A stretch of 50,000 nt of DNA from Chiloscyllium plagiosum (lineage: Eukaryota), in NCBI RefSeq assembly GCF_004010195.1, contig NW_025214720.1, positions 1 to 50,000 of the forward strand. Direction: 5' to 3'. Shown piece after piece: positions 36,306 through 48,683 of the stretch. Position 1 is the first letter of the stretch. Every line of letters starts with the position of its first letter. The notes beneath the pieces are model-generated. The model was given only the letters and a program-made list of their open reading frames with translations, did no database searches and was not told the DNA's origin. The translations under genes were made by a program, and so were the position numbers.

Positions 36306-38994
36306 TCGCTTCCTATGGAATCTGCATTGTGTGAACCATGAACCTTGTCCTGCTTAAGATCAATCGTCAATGCTCCTATCCTATCTTCCATCAAGTGTAG
36401 GTTCATGGGGTATGGAAAATAATCGCATTTCCAGGAACTGGTGTTGTAATGCAGGAGCTGGCTTGTGGAAAATGTTAATTTTGCGTGAAAAGCCCATTTT
36501 GTCATGTGCTTTACGCACATAGTGAAGGACTGTTGAACTAGTATGATGCTGTATCAGTTGATGGCACTATTACTCGTTTTGTTCACTTTGGCACTGCACT
36601 TTATTTGGATCATTTTCTGTGCAGTTGCAACATATCTGCCTCCCCCATATGATCAAAGTCAATTTGCCTTGCCAAGGTGATGGTTTGACACTGAACTTTG
36701 GTCAGTATTGTGAAATCCTCCATGGTTTCTGACACTGTCCATCCTTTCCATACATGTTCATATATTATGATGCAAGAATCTGCAGTAGTGTCAATATCCT
36801 TCTATTATCTCCATGCCAAAATTCTGGCTGGCATGTTCTTGTCATCTGTTTTCTTGATTTTGGTTAATAGGTCTTGAATGGAGTAGTTGATCCTTGATCT
36901 TTGGGCTGTGACAGTGAAGTTGAGTTCAGGGCAGGAAAGCGTTCATGTTTTTGGGCACGTAATCAAGGCTGATGGAGTGAGATAATCAGTTATCAAAATG
37001 CACAATACTTTGAAGGTGTAATTTTATTTTAAGTAATATGCTGTCTTGGCAGAGATGGCATACAGATGATCAGTTATGTAAATTTTCTTCAATAGCACTG
37101 CACGTACTGAGGTTTTGAGTTGTTTCAAATGTGATCAGGTGCTTGTACTCCTAACTCTCAGCCAGGTCACATGATGTTACACAGTGTGTAACTTTACCGA
37201 AGTGAAAAGTGTAATATTATATGTTCTGACTTAGTTTAATGTCTTGTATAATAAACTGTGCTGAATAAATTTGAAATGTGCCAGTTGATTTGATCTACAG
37301 TTGCCCCCAGTATCTGTAGAGGGAGATGAGCCCCCAAGGCGGTCTTAGCTTGGTGGAAATCGCGGTCTAATCAGAATTGTTTATGATCTGTTCATGAACT
37401 CCTTAAAACAAAATAGTTCAATTTTATTTAATGAGGACTGGTGACTGGAATCCTGTGTACTGTGCTGTCAGACTGGTAGAGACTGTGCCTTCAGATATCT
37501 GGTCAAGGTGAACCTGTTTAATTCCTTGTGACAAACTTCAAGAAATACTTACTCATGAAGGTTATATTTGAGTTTCAATGCTTTCAAAATGAGAAGTAAT
37601 GCAGTGAGACTTGGATCGTGGATGTGACAATAGGAGGTTTGATTTGAATGCAAGACTTTGCAATTTTTATCCACTGATGAGCCTTTCAAGTTGATCTAGT
37701 TGGAATTTGAGAGGAGTGTTTATTTAAAGAGGCAAAAAAAACCTGTCCTGCAAGAGCAGTCTGGATTTTTAATTTAAACAAACTCAGGCACCCACTGAAA
37801 GTAATCAGATTATACATTAGTTCTGATTTAATTGCTGATCTTAAACTTCTGCTTGAATTCAGTTGCATGCGTCCAAGCATAAATAGCTGCAGTGCTGCTG
37901 CAGGTCTATTTCCCAAATTATTAATTGAAAGAGTAATTTCCACTCCTCCCAATAGTTCATCTCAAAGCAGTGGAGGACTTGAATGTGGCATATGAAATAG
38001 ACTGCCCAGTCTCCTGTGTGCCTCAGTACAGAGGGTTACTTTTACTGCTTTTTGATCTGTTGTCTGAAAGGTTAGACCTGAAGTGCAAACTGCTTGTTTA
38101 TATACTACTTTTAAATTGCTCGATGCTTTCTGGAATGTTCAAACAAAATATTAGAGCTAAGTAAGATGATATTATGACCGGTGACCAACTGCTTAGTCAC
38201 AAGTTAGTTTACAAAAGTGTCTTGAAAGAAGAATGCTAAAGTGGAGGAATTGGCAAAAAATTGTAGAATTTAGGGCTTAGCTGAAGACAACTGCCAATTA
38301 TGCAGCCATTAAAATCAGGTGAGAATTGTTATATGGAGGTTGCCCAGGAGGTTGACAAGACTCGTCCTCTCAGATTTGAATAATAGATGCAAACTGGTTG
38401 AACTGGGACAACGAGTGCAGTTGATGGATGATTGGGGTGTGGCATCAGTTTTGGGTGAGCTGAAGTTTAGAGGCTGAGAAGAATTTGAATTAGAATTGGA
38501 TTTTGTCATGGGTGCTCAATACAGAAGTAAATGAGCTGAGTGAAAAGTGTACAATATCGCCAATGCCAGTGCAAAGGTTCTTTGGTACCAAGTAGAAAAA
38601 TAAATTGTTAAAAAGTTCAAGTCCTAGTATTAAGTAGAAAAATAAAGTTCACCAGTCTTAAATGCTTAGCCATGCTGGATTTGATCTTCTCTGCTTTGGT
38701 TTGCTTTCTGGGAGACCTTGGTCTGCCTGCTTTTGCTGCCACTGCAGATGCCAGGGGACCTCCTTCACCGCTGCATTGGGCTCATTCTTCCCGCATTGGG
38801 CTTGGTCTGACCATCAAAAGTCCTAATTCAGGGCTCCAACTGCTTCCACGCACCAGAAAGCAATGAACCGCAACAGTTTGTTGAAATATTAGTCAAAAAG
38901 GAACAAAGCATACATCAAGGTTTTAGCAATTCCAACGTCTACACAATTTTCTTACATTAATGTTTTATAGCATTTGCTGTTCTTTTATCAAAAA

Positions 38995-39187
38995 AGTACA
39001 ATGTGGAAGCAAGGTATTCAGCCCAGAGTCAACACCAAACCTCTGAAGAACATCCATCCCAAATCTACCCCGTTGCCCTGTACCTGTAACCCTGCATTTC
39101 CCATAGCTAGCCCACCTAGCATGCACATTCCTGGATACTATGGGCAATTTAGCATAGCTAGTCTATTGGACCTGCACATCTTTGGAT
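38995..39187 (-). mobile_element. HE1-type SINE 3' half
   Basis: Reverse complement of CCAAAGATGTGCAGGT...GCTAAATTGCCCATAGT. Confidence 0.7.
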
Positions 39188-39989
39188 CGTCTTTCCAGTA
39201 TTGTATTATTTTGTATTTTTTTCTGCTCTTACTCACCAGACTTTACTTAGTATTTCTGATCCAAGTTGTCCTGCTGCTTGATTTGTTGGCTGAAGTCCTT
39301 TTGGCCAACCCTGTACTAGGATCCTCAGCCCAGAATCTGCTCATTGCTTTTGTACCTCCCCTATTGTCTACAAGCAGCTGCTGGTTGGGGAAACCATATC
39401 ATCCTGTCAGTTGCATTGCACACTGGAACTTTGGAAACTAGTTGGTCCAAAGTTGACATTTTTCCTCCCAAGCAATGTTATGTTTGCTTTTAGTCTCAAG
39501 ATTAGCCTAGCCCAGAATGTACTTTAGGGAATAAAACTCTGAATCAATCTTAGCTGCTTCTACACTAGTATCTGGTTCATAGTTAGGACATGCACTACCA
39601 TATTACTTCCAATCTGCCTTAATTGGCAGTCCCTAACCAGCCATAGTTCCAGACTGGCAGTCCCTCTTCTTCCAACCTCCCTTAATACACACATCAATAG
39701 CAGAACATCTGCAGCACAATGATGCACACCACGATCTTCATTTGTCTTCCCTCCATCACTCCTCTTCCTCATTATCTAACTTTCATGCCTTGCCAAGCCG
39801 CTCTGTGCCTCATTCAATTGGAGCTGTACTTTCACTTTATAGGTTTTGGCTGTGTCCTTTGATCCTGGTATCTCTCACTGCTGTTGATGTTTAATCTGTA
39901 GCTCTTGCCTCTCTAATACTATCATACGTTTGTAAACTTTATTATTGTCGTCAACTTGTATTGCTCTGAATGTCCCTTTTTATTTACTT

Positions 39990-41200
39990 GACTGGGTGTT
40001 GCTGATTGGCCAGCATTTATTGCCTATCTCCACTTGTCCTTACAATGACGGTGAGCTGTCTCTTTGAGCCGCAGCAGGCGATGTGCTTCAGATAGACTCT
40101 CAATAGCCATATGGAGAGAATTCCATGATCCCAATCCGGTGATACACTTCCAAGTCGAGAAGAGTTGCCTGGAGACGAACCTGCTTCCATGTTTATGCTG
40201 CACAGTCTCTCCAAATGGAGGTAGCCATAGGTTTGGAAGATGCTGCTTAAGAATTTTTGCAGTTAATCATGTCTCGTACATACTCCTGTCACTGAGTAGT
40301 GACAGTGGACATTTCTAGATATGCCAGTCAAGTGGGTCATCTTATACCAGATGTGTCGAGCCTCTGAGCACTGCTGGAGCTGCACCCATCCAGGCAAATG
40401 AGGATCACTCCGCCACAGCTCTGACCCATGGTCTTACATGTTGATTGGTCCTTGGAGAGGCAACCCACCTTCCTCAGCATTCTCACACTCTGATCTGCTC
40501 TTGTAGCAACTGTATTTGTGACAAGTCCAGTTGCATCTCTGGTCTGTGGTTGGCCCTCAATTGTGGACACAGTGATAGTGACATTGAATGTCAAGGGGCA
40601 CTAGTTAGTTTCTTATTGGAGATGGTCATTGCCGGGCAGCTGTGATGCAAATGCCACTTGACATCCCAAGCCCAGACATTGTCCAAATCTTGTTGCGTCT
40701 GAATACAGACCACTTCAGAATCTGAGTTGTTACAAGTAGTGCTGAACATTGCAATCATTGAACATCCCCAGTTCATCCTTATGATGGAGGCAGTGTCCAA
40801 ATGAAATAGCTGCAGATGGTTGGTTCCAGGACATTATCTTCTGTATATAGGTATGACTTCAACCAGTGGAGAGTTTGCCCCCTGATCCCAATTATTCCAA
40901 TTTTGCTAGGCTCCTTGATGCTGCATTTATGAGGGCTGTACTCACCTCTCCTCTGGAGTTTGTTTTGTCCATTTTTGAACCAAGGTTGTAATGTCAGGAG
41001 CTGAGTGGTCCTGGCAGAAACCAAACCTGGTGTCAGTTAGCAGGTTGTTACATAGGTGCTGCTTGATAGCACTGATGACACCTTCATCAGCGTACTCATC
41101 AGTAAAGTGATGGAGGAGTAATCAGCTGAGTTAGTTTTGTCCTTTTTTTTTCTACACTGGACGTACCTGGATGATTTTCCATCATGTCAAGTAGAGCCAG
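39990..41200 (-). mobile_element. Old CR1/L2-clade LINE RT C-terminus and 3'UTR (distinct subfamily; related pieces ~18230-18620 + and 49230-49670 -)
   Basis: IGIRGQTLHWLKSYL, QQDLDNVWAWDVKW, AMTISNKK fragments. Confidence 0.7.
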
Positions 41201-43560
41201 TATGTGTGTCAATGTATTTTAGGTGGGTTGTGTTACTGTCAGTATTCTGATCCTCAATTCAAAATGAAATGCACTGTTATTAAGAAAATATTCTGTTTAA
41301 TGGGCTGGAAAAGAGCAGCTTAAATATTTAATGACGAAGTAATAAAATGTTCGATTTCTTTAGCTGTTACATAAACAAGTGATTTATTTTCTATCTATGG
41401 ATAAATTGTGTACGCAAGAAATAAGAGATTTATATTGGGGTAGTGAATGTATACTCAGAATTTTGTGCTAGCCAGATCCCATGAATAATGTGCTTAATAA
41501 TTATACCTTTGTCTTCAATAACCTTGATCAAATGTTTCCAGGACACTGGGAGAATGCTAGTGGGATTGTTGAATGGTCCTGTGGAGCATTTTATATCCAA
41601 CTGGGTGTGTGTGGCCTCAGTTTAATATCTCAGCATGCTTTTCCCCCAGTAGACTACAGCACTGTCACTGCATTTCAGTGGAAGTGTCAGCCTAGTTTTT
41701 AGACTCAAGTCTTTGGAATAGGGCTGTAATGTATAATTTCTGACTGGAGCAAGACTGCTATTGCAAGTTAAGACTGCAGTTACTAGCTTCCAATTTCCTG
41801 TAGGAATAATTGTCATTGGTCTTTGTGACTTTGTTACTTCCATCTGGTCCATTAAAAATGTGCTCAGTCACTACTGCCCTGTTCAATACATGCATCTTCG
41901 TGGTCTTATAAATTTTCAGTTTATAAGCAGTGGAAGCAACCAGTCAACGTATTGTAGATGTGCTGTTTAGAATTAGACTACAGTACTTTAGTGCTAAATC
42001 TGTCACTCATTTATCAAATAATTTACTAGATGTTTATGAACAATAAAGCTAGACTAAACCATTTAGCCCTGTGCGCCACCTCTTTTCAATGGCTGACCTG
42101 TTACCCAAATCTCTCTACCCACCTTTCTCCCATTTCTCAATTTTTTTTGCACTCCATTTGTTATAGAAATAATTGATCTAGCAATTGCTGCATTCTACAG
42201 AATAACTCCAAGACCTCACAAACTGTACATGGTGTTTCACAAATTGTCCTCAAAAGTCCCTTCAGTTTCCATGTCGCAGACTCGCCAAATAACTTTTCTA
42301 TATCCATCCCTTAATATCTTTAGTGCATTGGTCAAATAATCTTCTAAATTTCTTAATTTCAAGACAGTACCTTTCGTTGACGACCCTAATTTGTTTAATC
42401 TTGCATGTATAACTTGCAGATCTACAGTGGACTTTATTTTGAGGATGCTATTATGTCTGTAAATGGCTAGAAAGGAACTCAATCTCAGGTTTGGTCAAAG
42501 TAGAGCTTTCCATAGCTGAAGCACAATGAGCCACTTCTGTTCCAGGTGATATCAGTTTCTGGTGTTTTAAATAGGAAGGAAGTGTTCCCAAGCACTGTTT
42601 GAAGAGGGAGTTTATTTCAAAGTTTTTGTCCATGTTTTGCCCTCAACCTACGCTATCAGGCCTATATTTAATGTGCCTCAGGAAAGGTTTTCTTTGTGGT
42701 AGTTGAGTTTTCTGATCTTAGTTTGAATGTGATGCAACCAGATGAAATTGGGCATGCTTCATTTATGTCACGAGGGAAGTAAGTTCTTGGTGCAGTGTCG
42801 CTGTTTGCAATAATGCTTGAATTAACAAACATGTACGTACTGAGATGTTAGAATTACTGAGATTGAATACATCCTGCATACAGTTGCTTTCAGTGCTTCG
42901 TGAGGCACAGTGATACAGCTAATCTAGAAATTGAGGTCCAGTTACTGCCCCAGTGCCAAAGATGCTCTAAAGACCATAAACTGTTTTTAGAACTGGTACT
43001 TTTGTCTAAATTTCTTTTCCTTATGAAGAGTTTAAAAGAAGTTTGCACATATCATAATTAAGACATCACAATGTTATATTCCATTGATTCCTGCCCAGCT
43101 AGTGACTTCTAGTCTACATTCTAGCACGTCGTCAAAGAAACAAGCATAACGTGGGTTCTGACAGTCTGCCTGTGTGGAATTCAAATGTGCTGTAATAAGT
43201 CCTGAACATTGAAAACAATGCTTTTTTTTTTATTTTAAGGAGAATCCCAGTTAATGGGGCTATGTTTTGAAGTCTTTATCAATTGCTGCTTGTGGAATCT
43301 TGGAGTACATGAAAGCCATAAGTGATTTATTTGTGTTTAAGGTTGATTGAGGTAGTGTAGTTCTTAAGCAGATGTTGGCAGAAGGCTGTAACTCCACTGG
43401 CTGCTTTGCACCCAGATTCATGGTGACCTAAGTTGCAAGTTGGCCATGCAATACCTTGAAGTTCACTAGGCTTGTTGTTTTAACTAAACATTTGGTGCAC
43501 AATGAAGAGTACAAAATTCCTACATGTGCTCTATTTAATATTTCTGTTTTGTTTTTGCAG

Positions 43561-43656
43561 CAGTTCTGTGGTGTTCTAGGTCGCACATTTATGGAGTTTC
43601 TGAAGGGCAGTGGAGACTACTGCCAGGCACAGCACGACATCTATGCAGACAAGTGA
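43561..43656 (+). CDS. PTP4A1 upstream ORF, part 2 (QFCGVLGRTFMEFLKGSGDYCQAQHDIYADK*); spliced peptide is 37 aa
   Basis: Polypyrimidine tract and TTTTTGCAG acceptor end at 43560; open frame to TGA at 43654-43656; internal in-frame Met at 43591. Confidence 0.85.
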   Translation, partial: QFCGVLGRTFMEFLKGSGDYCQAQHDIYADK

Positions 43657-43943
43657 ACTGTAAAAGTCTACTACGATTCCACTTAAGAAACCCCTCAAGC
43701 AGGTTACCAGCGGCTGGGAATAATAATTCATCGAAGACCATATCTGGATGGGGTAACCAAGTGGGCTCTTTTTTGTTGGTCACAGTATTACTGGATTGAA
43801 GATTTGCTGCTTGTTAAAAGCGTCATCAAAAGCCTTTGTACGTGCATACATTCTGGTGGAATTTGACAAAACTGGACTTTTTAATTTTCAGCTTTTGCAA
43901 GGCATTGTTTTCACTTTATAGGTTTTGCGCTTTTTATAAGAAA

Positions 43944-44048
43944 ATGGCTCGGATGAATCGTCCAGCACCTGTGGAAATTACCTACAAGAACATGAGATTT
44001 CTGATCACACACAACCCTACCAATGCAACCTTAAATAAATTCATAGAG
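43944..44048 (+). CDS. PTP4A1: Protein tyrosine phosphatase 4A1 (PRL-1), coding exon 1, aa 1-35
   Basis: AAAATGG Kozak context; [35 protein letters not shown]; donor GAG|GTGAGA. The MAR N-terminus, TYKN and KFIE favour PTP4A1 over PTP4A2/3. Confidence 0.95.
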
Positions 44049-45097
44049 GTGAGAGATCTCTTCAGGTTCTAAATTTTGGCATTACATTGAGTTTAGTATT
44101 GTGCAGATTTTCAGACAAATGGAGTTAATTTAAGTGCACTTAGTAACTTGTAATTTAACAACTCAAACTAATTAAATAATAAAAAGCTGAATGTGATTAT
44201 AACAATCTGGCTTTTGACCCCTTACATCTTAATCCTTGGACAGTTAAGGATTTTTTCTCCAGTGCTTTGCTTATTGAGATCCTTAGTTTAGTTTGATGTC
44301 CACTGTGACTGGTTGAAGCAAGTCTTTGCAAGACTGCATACTTTTCCTGGCAGTTGGAATGCAGGATGCCACGTGCAGTTGACTGCTTCAGATGACATTG
44401 CTCACTGTAGATTGAGCAGCTGGGGATCTGCAGCAAAAGCTTTAAAAGGCGGTGGGAAAGCAGGTGATTGATTCCCTGAAACCTGTGGTCATTGTTAAAT
44501 ATTACTGATTTGATTTTTGAAAATAACTGGTGTCTTTTTCTACTTGTATCTGAGCTATATGTTTTTGGATATGTTGGGTGGAAGATTAAAGTCTGGTGTA
44601 GTTTTTAAGTTTGTACATTTAAAAAATACTTTGTGGTTTGAAACCACTGAATCCTGTTTTGGTCTGCTTTTCAAAAATATTTCCATTTTTGTACTCAAAA
44701 AAAAACCCAACCAACTTGCACCACACATGATATTCTTTCCAATTTTCAGCTTTCTTCGAATCAAGGCCTTGGTTTAATTAGAAAACCAAAGAGGTGTGGT
44801 CTTTGTTTTAATAGAAATGCTTGCTGAATAACAATGCATTGCATATGTTAGTTTAACATGTGAACTGAAATTAAATGTCTAGTTGCAGACAGTTGTTGCC
44901 TCCCTAATTGTGATGGCAGTTAAATAAGGATAAACAAGATGTTTGAAAGCCTCTAAGTCTAGACTTGGTATTGATCCAAAATCTAGCTTTTGACCTGAAT
45001 CTCGGACTTCAAAATTGCAAATCTTGAACTATTAAAATAGTGTACTTTTTAACGTATATATCCAAGATAGACTTGTTTACTTTATCAACTTTTTCAG

Positions 45098-45190
45098 GAG
45101 TTGAAAAAGTACAGTGTCACCACAGTAGTTCGAGTATGTGAAGCAACCTACGACACCTCTCCAGTTGAAAAAGAAGGCATTCAGTTTTTG
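45098..45190 (+). CDS. PTP4A1: PTP4A1 coding exon 2, aa 36-66 (includes back-door Cys49)
   Basis: TTTTTCAG acceptor; [37 protein letters not shown] donor; 93 nt, phase 0/0. Confidence 0.95.
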
Positions 45191-46324
45191 GTAAGTACAA
45201 AATACCTTGCCATCTGTTTTGTTAACAGGGCAAAAATAGCCCAATTTCAGTCTAATATATTGCAGCAATGGTTGAGACCTCTCACCTTTGAATTGGAGCT
45301 GCCAGCTGATTTTAAAGTTGATGGTTCTTATATTAAAAGATTTACTGTGACTATTGTTCAACATCTGATTGTTACTGCTCATTAGTTTTGGGGCATCACT
45401 TTTCACCTATTCACTTTTCCTATCTAATACAGTATGCTTGACTACACCAATCTATCATAGGAGCATATTCACTTTGCGAACAGTTTTAGTCCAGTATACT
45501 CTGGCAAGCCTGAGGTGCAGTCGGTTTTATATTGCTGCTGAACTAACCTTGGCCGGTACACTTCCGGTTCTTGCACTTGAGTCTAGATTTGTTCTGATTT
45601 TTAGATATTTTTCTAATAGGCCTGTTCAGAGATGTTATTATACCTTTTAGCACTAGTGGGACCTGAGCATGGATCTCCTAGCTCAGGGATTGGGACACCA
45701 CTACTGCACCACAAGCTATACTGAAACCTGTATTTGTTTAAATCATGGGATATAGACCTCACCAAGGATGGCACCAATGCAGGAAAAGTACTCCTTTTGA
45801 ATCCAACTGAATAACTTTGTAGAGCAGTTGTCATCCATGTTGCTGTGGATCTGGAATCACTTTAAGGATGCATTTGGCTTTTCTAAAGAACCCTGAAGAG
45901 CAAGATGGGTGTCTGTTTCGAAACTGCAATTTTATGGTTATTAATACAAATACTTTGAGATTGTTATTTAACTGAATTGAACTTCAGGCCTCTGGATCAC
46001 TAATCCAACGACATAATGACCATGTTAGAGCATTCATATTCCGATATGGGGGATGGTTTGGGTGGTTTGTCCAATTCCTATCCAAATACTCTGCATTTAA
46101 TTAATGCTTTCAGTATGTAAGATACCTATAATAGGGAAAAAATGTTACATTTTCCATCTGTAACCATCTTTACTTTGAGCATGCAATTCCCCATTTTTCA
46201 GATGTTGACTTAAATGGGGGTAGGGCAGTTGATTTCATCATGACTTTGTGGAAAATGTGCTGGGAAGGGAATCCTTGCATTCAATATGTTAGAATCCTTG
46301 TCTTTGTCAGTTCGCAGGATCTGC

Positions 46325-46610
46325 AGGGAGTCCAGAACTAGAGGGCATAGGTTTAGGGTGAGAGAGGAAAGATATGAAAGAGACCTAAGGGGCAACTTTT
46401 TCACATAGAGGTTGGTACATGTATGGAATGAGCTGCCAGAGGATGTGGTGGAGGCCGGTACAATTGCAACATTTGAGGCATTTGGATGGGTATATGAATA
46501 GGAAGGGTTTGGAGGGATATGGGCCGGGTGCCGGCAGGTGGGACTAGATTGGGTTGGGATATCTGGTCAGGTTGGACCGAAGGGTCTGTTTCCATGTTGT
46601 ACCTCTGACT
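46325..46610 (+). mobile_element. CR1/HER1 3' fragment
   Basis: GGGAGTCCAGAACTAGAGGGCATAGGTTTAGGGTGAGAG... closely matches 26095-26400. Confidence 0.88.
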
Positions 46611-46726
46611 CAGACAAATAAGGCTAAAAATGCCTACTAAAGGCATCAGGGAGGTTTTGAGTAAGTGTTTGAAATAGTGGTGAATTGGTACATTAAAACA
46701 CAATGGGAACTTTGTTTTTCTAACAG

Positions 46727-46857
46727 GACTGGCCATTTGATGATGGTGCTCCACCTTCCAACCAGATTGTGGATGATTGGCTTACCCTTTTGAGAGCGAA
46801 ATTCCGTGAAGAGCCAGGTTGTTGCATTGCTGTCCATTGTGTAGCTGGTCTTGGACG
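46727..46857 (+). CDS. PTP4A1: PTP4A1 coding exon 3, aa 67-110 (WPFDD loop and catalytic HCVAGLGR P-loop, Cys104)
   Basis: TTTTTCTAACAG acceptor; [43 protein letters not shown](R); CG|GTATGT donor; 131 nt. Confidence 0.96.
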
Positions 46858-47109
46858 GTATGTACTATTTCTCCAGCTTTTATTGCATGTGATTCATACT
46901 ATGGTCGTCAGTCAGGCTAGTGTAAATGTGCTTAGTTGAGACTAAAGTTTGTAAATTAACTTTTTACCATAGTCTAGCTCAGCTTGTATTTGTGTAGTAA
47001 TATAGAAACTGTTTTGAAGGGAGAAAAGTCTTGGAGTAAAGGAGTAATTGATGTTATAATCTGCATTGAACAAAGATAGGATGTTGTACATGCATAGGAT
47101 GTTGTACAT

Positions 47110-47425
47110 GTGACATGTTGGCTCAGTGGTCAACACTACTGTCTCTCAATGCCAGGGACCCAGGTTCAATTCCAACCTCGGGCGTGTGGAATTTGCACAT
47201 TCTCCCTGTCTGCATGGGTTTCTGCTCGGTGCTCCGGTTTCCTCCCATAGTCCAAAGATGTGCAGTGCTAAATTATTCATAGTGTTCAGGAATGTGTAGG
47301 TTAGGTGCATTAGCCATAGGAAATGCAGGGTTACAGGTGTAGGGTAGGGGGAATGGGTCTGAGATGCTTGTTGGAGGGTCGGTGTGGACTTGTTGGGCTG
47401 AATGTTGTTTCCTGGAGATTCTATG
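47110..47425 (+). mobile_element. HE1-type SINE (older subfamily)
   Basis: TGGCTCAGTGG A box, GGTTCAATTCC B box, conserved body. Confidence 0.85.
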
Positions 47426-48119
47426 AAGATTAAGAAAGTGGAATTCGCAGAATGCAACAGAGGCAGCTGAGCACCCTCAGTCAAACAGAAGGAAAGGATA
47501 GAAAGCCTAAGAATAGGGTGTTACAGGTGGGAACAATGAACGATTGTGGCTATTTGAGGGATGCTGCTGGTGTGGGCTGAATACTGACAACGGAGTCTTA
47601 CAGTACTGTTTAACACCGGCATCTCCAAATTATGGAGAGTTCAGTATTGAAATAAAATTTGCTTTCTATCCAAGAATAGGTTAATGAACTAATTTCTTTT
47701 TTCAACTATTTGAAAAGACTTAAATATAATCAGAAGAATATTTGATGACATGGGCAGTTGCAAAATTGGACAAACTTGCCACTCATCAAAGCCTTATTCC
47801 CCAAGGCTTATGTCCTAACCCATTCATGCTGTGGCTTTTACTGTGCTTCAGCATCATTGCTCGCACTGCTGATAATCAAAGACTCTTAGAAATGACATCC
47901 TTTTCAATTTATTAATCTCCTATCTGGTCCTTAAGTTTTTTATAGGGTTATCTTTTGTTTGTCATCTATCCTTATGCATCTGTATTCTCTTGTCACATTT
48001 TCTCTCAACCCTCTGTGGAGAACAGTCCAATGTGGTTACAGTGCAGGGCACATACTAAGGTGGGAATTATTAGTGTTGCACTACATTATAGAAGCTTGGT
48101 CATAAGTCGCTAACACGTG

Positions 48120-48565
48120 CGTGAGTTTTGAGAAGATTTGTAGTTCAGGTTGAGGTTCTAGATATAGGTTTGCTCACTGAGCTGGAAGGTTCATTTTCAG
48201 ACATTTAGTGACCATACTAGGTAACATCTTCACTGAGCCTCTGGACGAGGCACTGCTGATGATTTCTGCTTTCTATTTGTGTTTGGGTTTTTTGGGTTGG
48301 TGATGTCATTTCCTGTTCTTTTTCTCCGGGGATGGTAAATTGGATCCAAGTCAATGTTTGTTGGTAGATCCATCAACAAGCACATTGACTTGGACCTGAT
48401 TTGCCACCCCTGAGAAAAAGAATAGGAAATGACATCACCAACCTGAACGTATAGAAAGTAGCAATCATCAGTGCTTCGTCCGGAGGCTCACTGAAGATGT
48501 TACCTAGTATGTTGCCGAAATGGCTGAAAATGAACCTTCCAACTCAACAAGCAAACCTACATCCA
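48120..48565. mobile_element. Penelope-derived palindromic element (family C), ~200-nt arms
   Basis: 48160-48366 and 48371-48565 are reverse complements; each arm has a decayed hammerhead-like CTGAAGATGTTACCTAGTATG....GAAA motif. Confidence 0.75.
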
Positions 48566-48683
48566 TAATGCAGTTGTCTCAGATGTTCTTCAGTGTGTGC
48601 AGTGCAAGAAACTGCTAATCTGGCCCCAGATCGGTTTATAGTTATACATTCCATAGGCCAATTGGCAAAACCTGTCTGAATTT

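Noticed and set aside
43456..43560. ORF-track N-terminus (MKFTRLVV...) of the 66-aa ORF
   Set aside because: Intronic sequence containing the polypyrimidine tract; only 43561-43656 is the real uORF part.
43836..43943. In-frame N-terminal extension of PTP4A1 from a TTG
   Set aside because: Non-AUG start in poor context, U-rich UTR-like composition, and the canonical ATG has a strong Kozak context.
47076..47110. 17-nt tandem duplication ATAGGATGTTGTACATG
   Set aside because: Simple local duplication at a SINE boundary; not an array.
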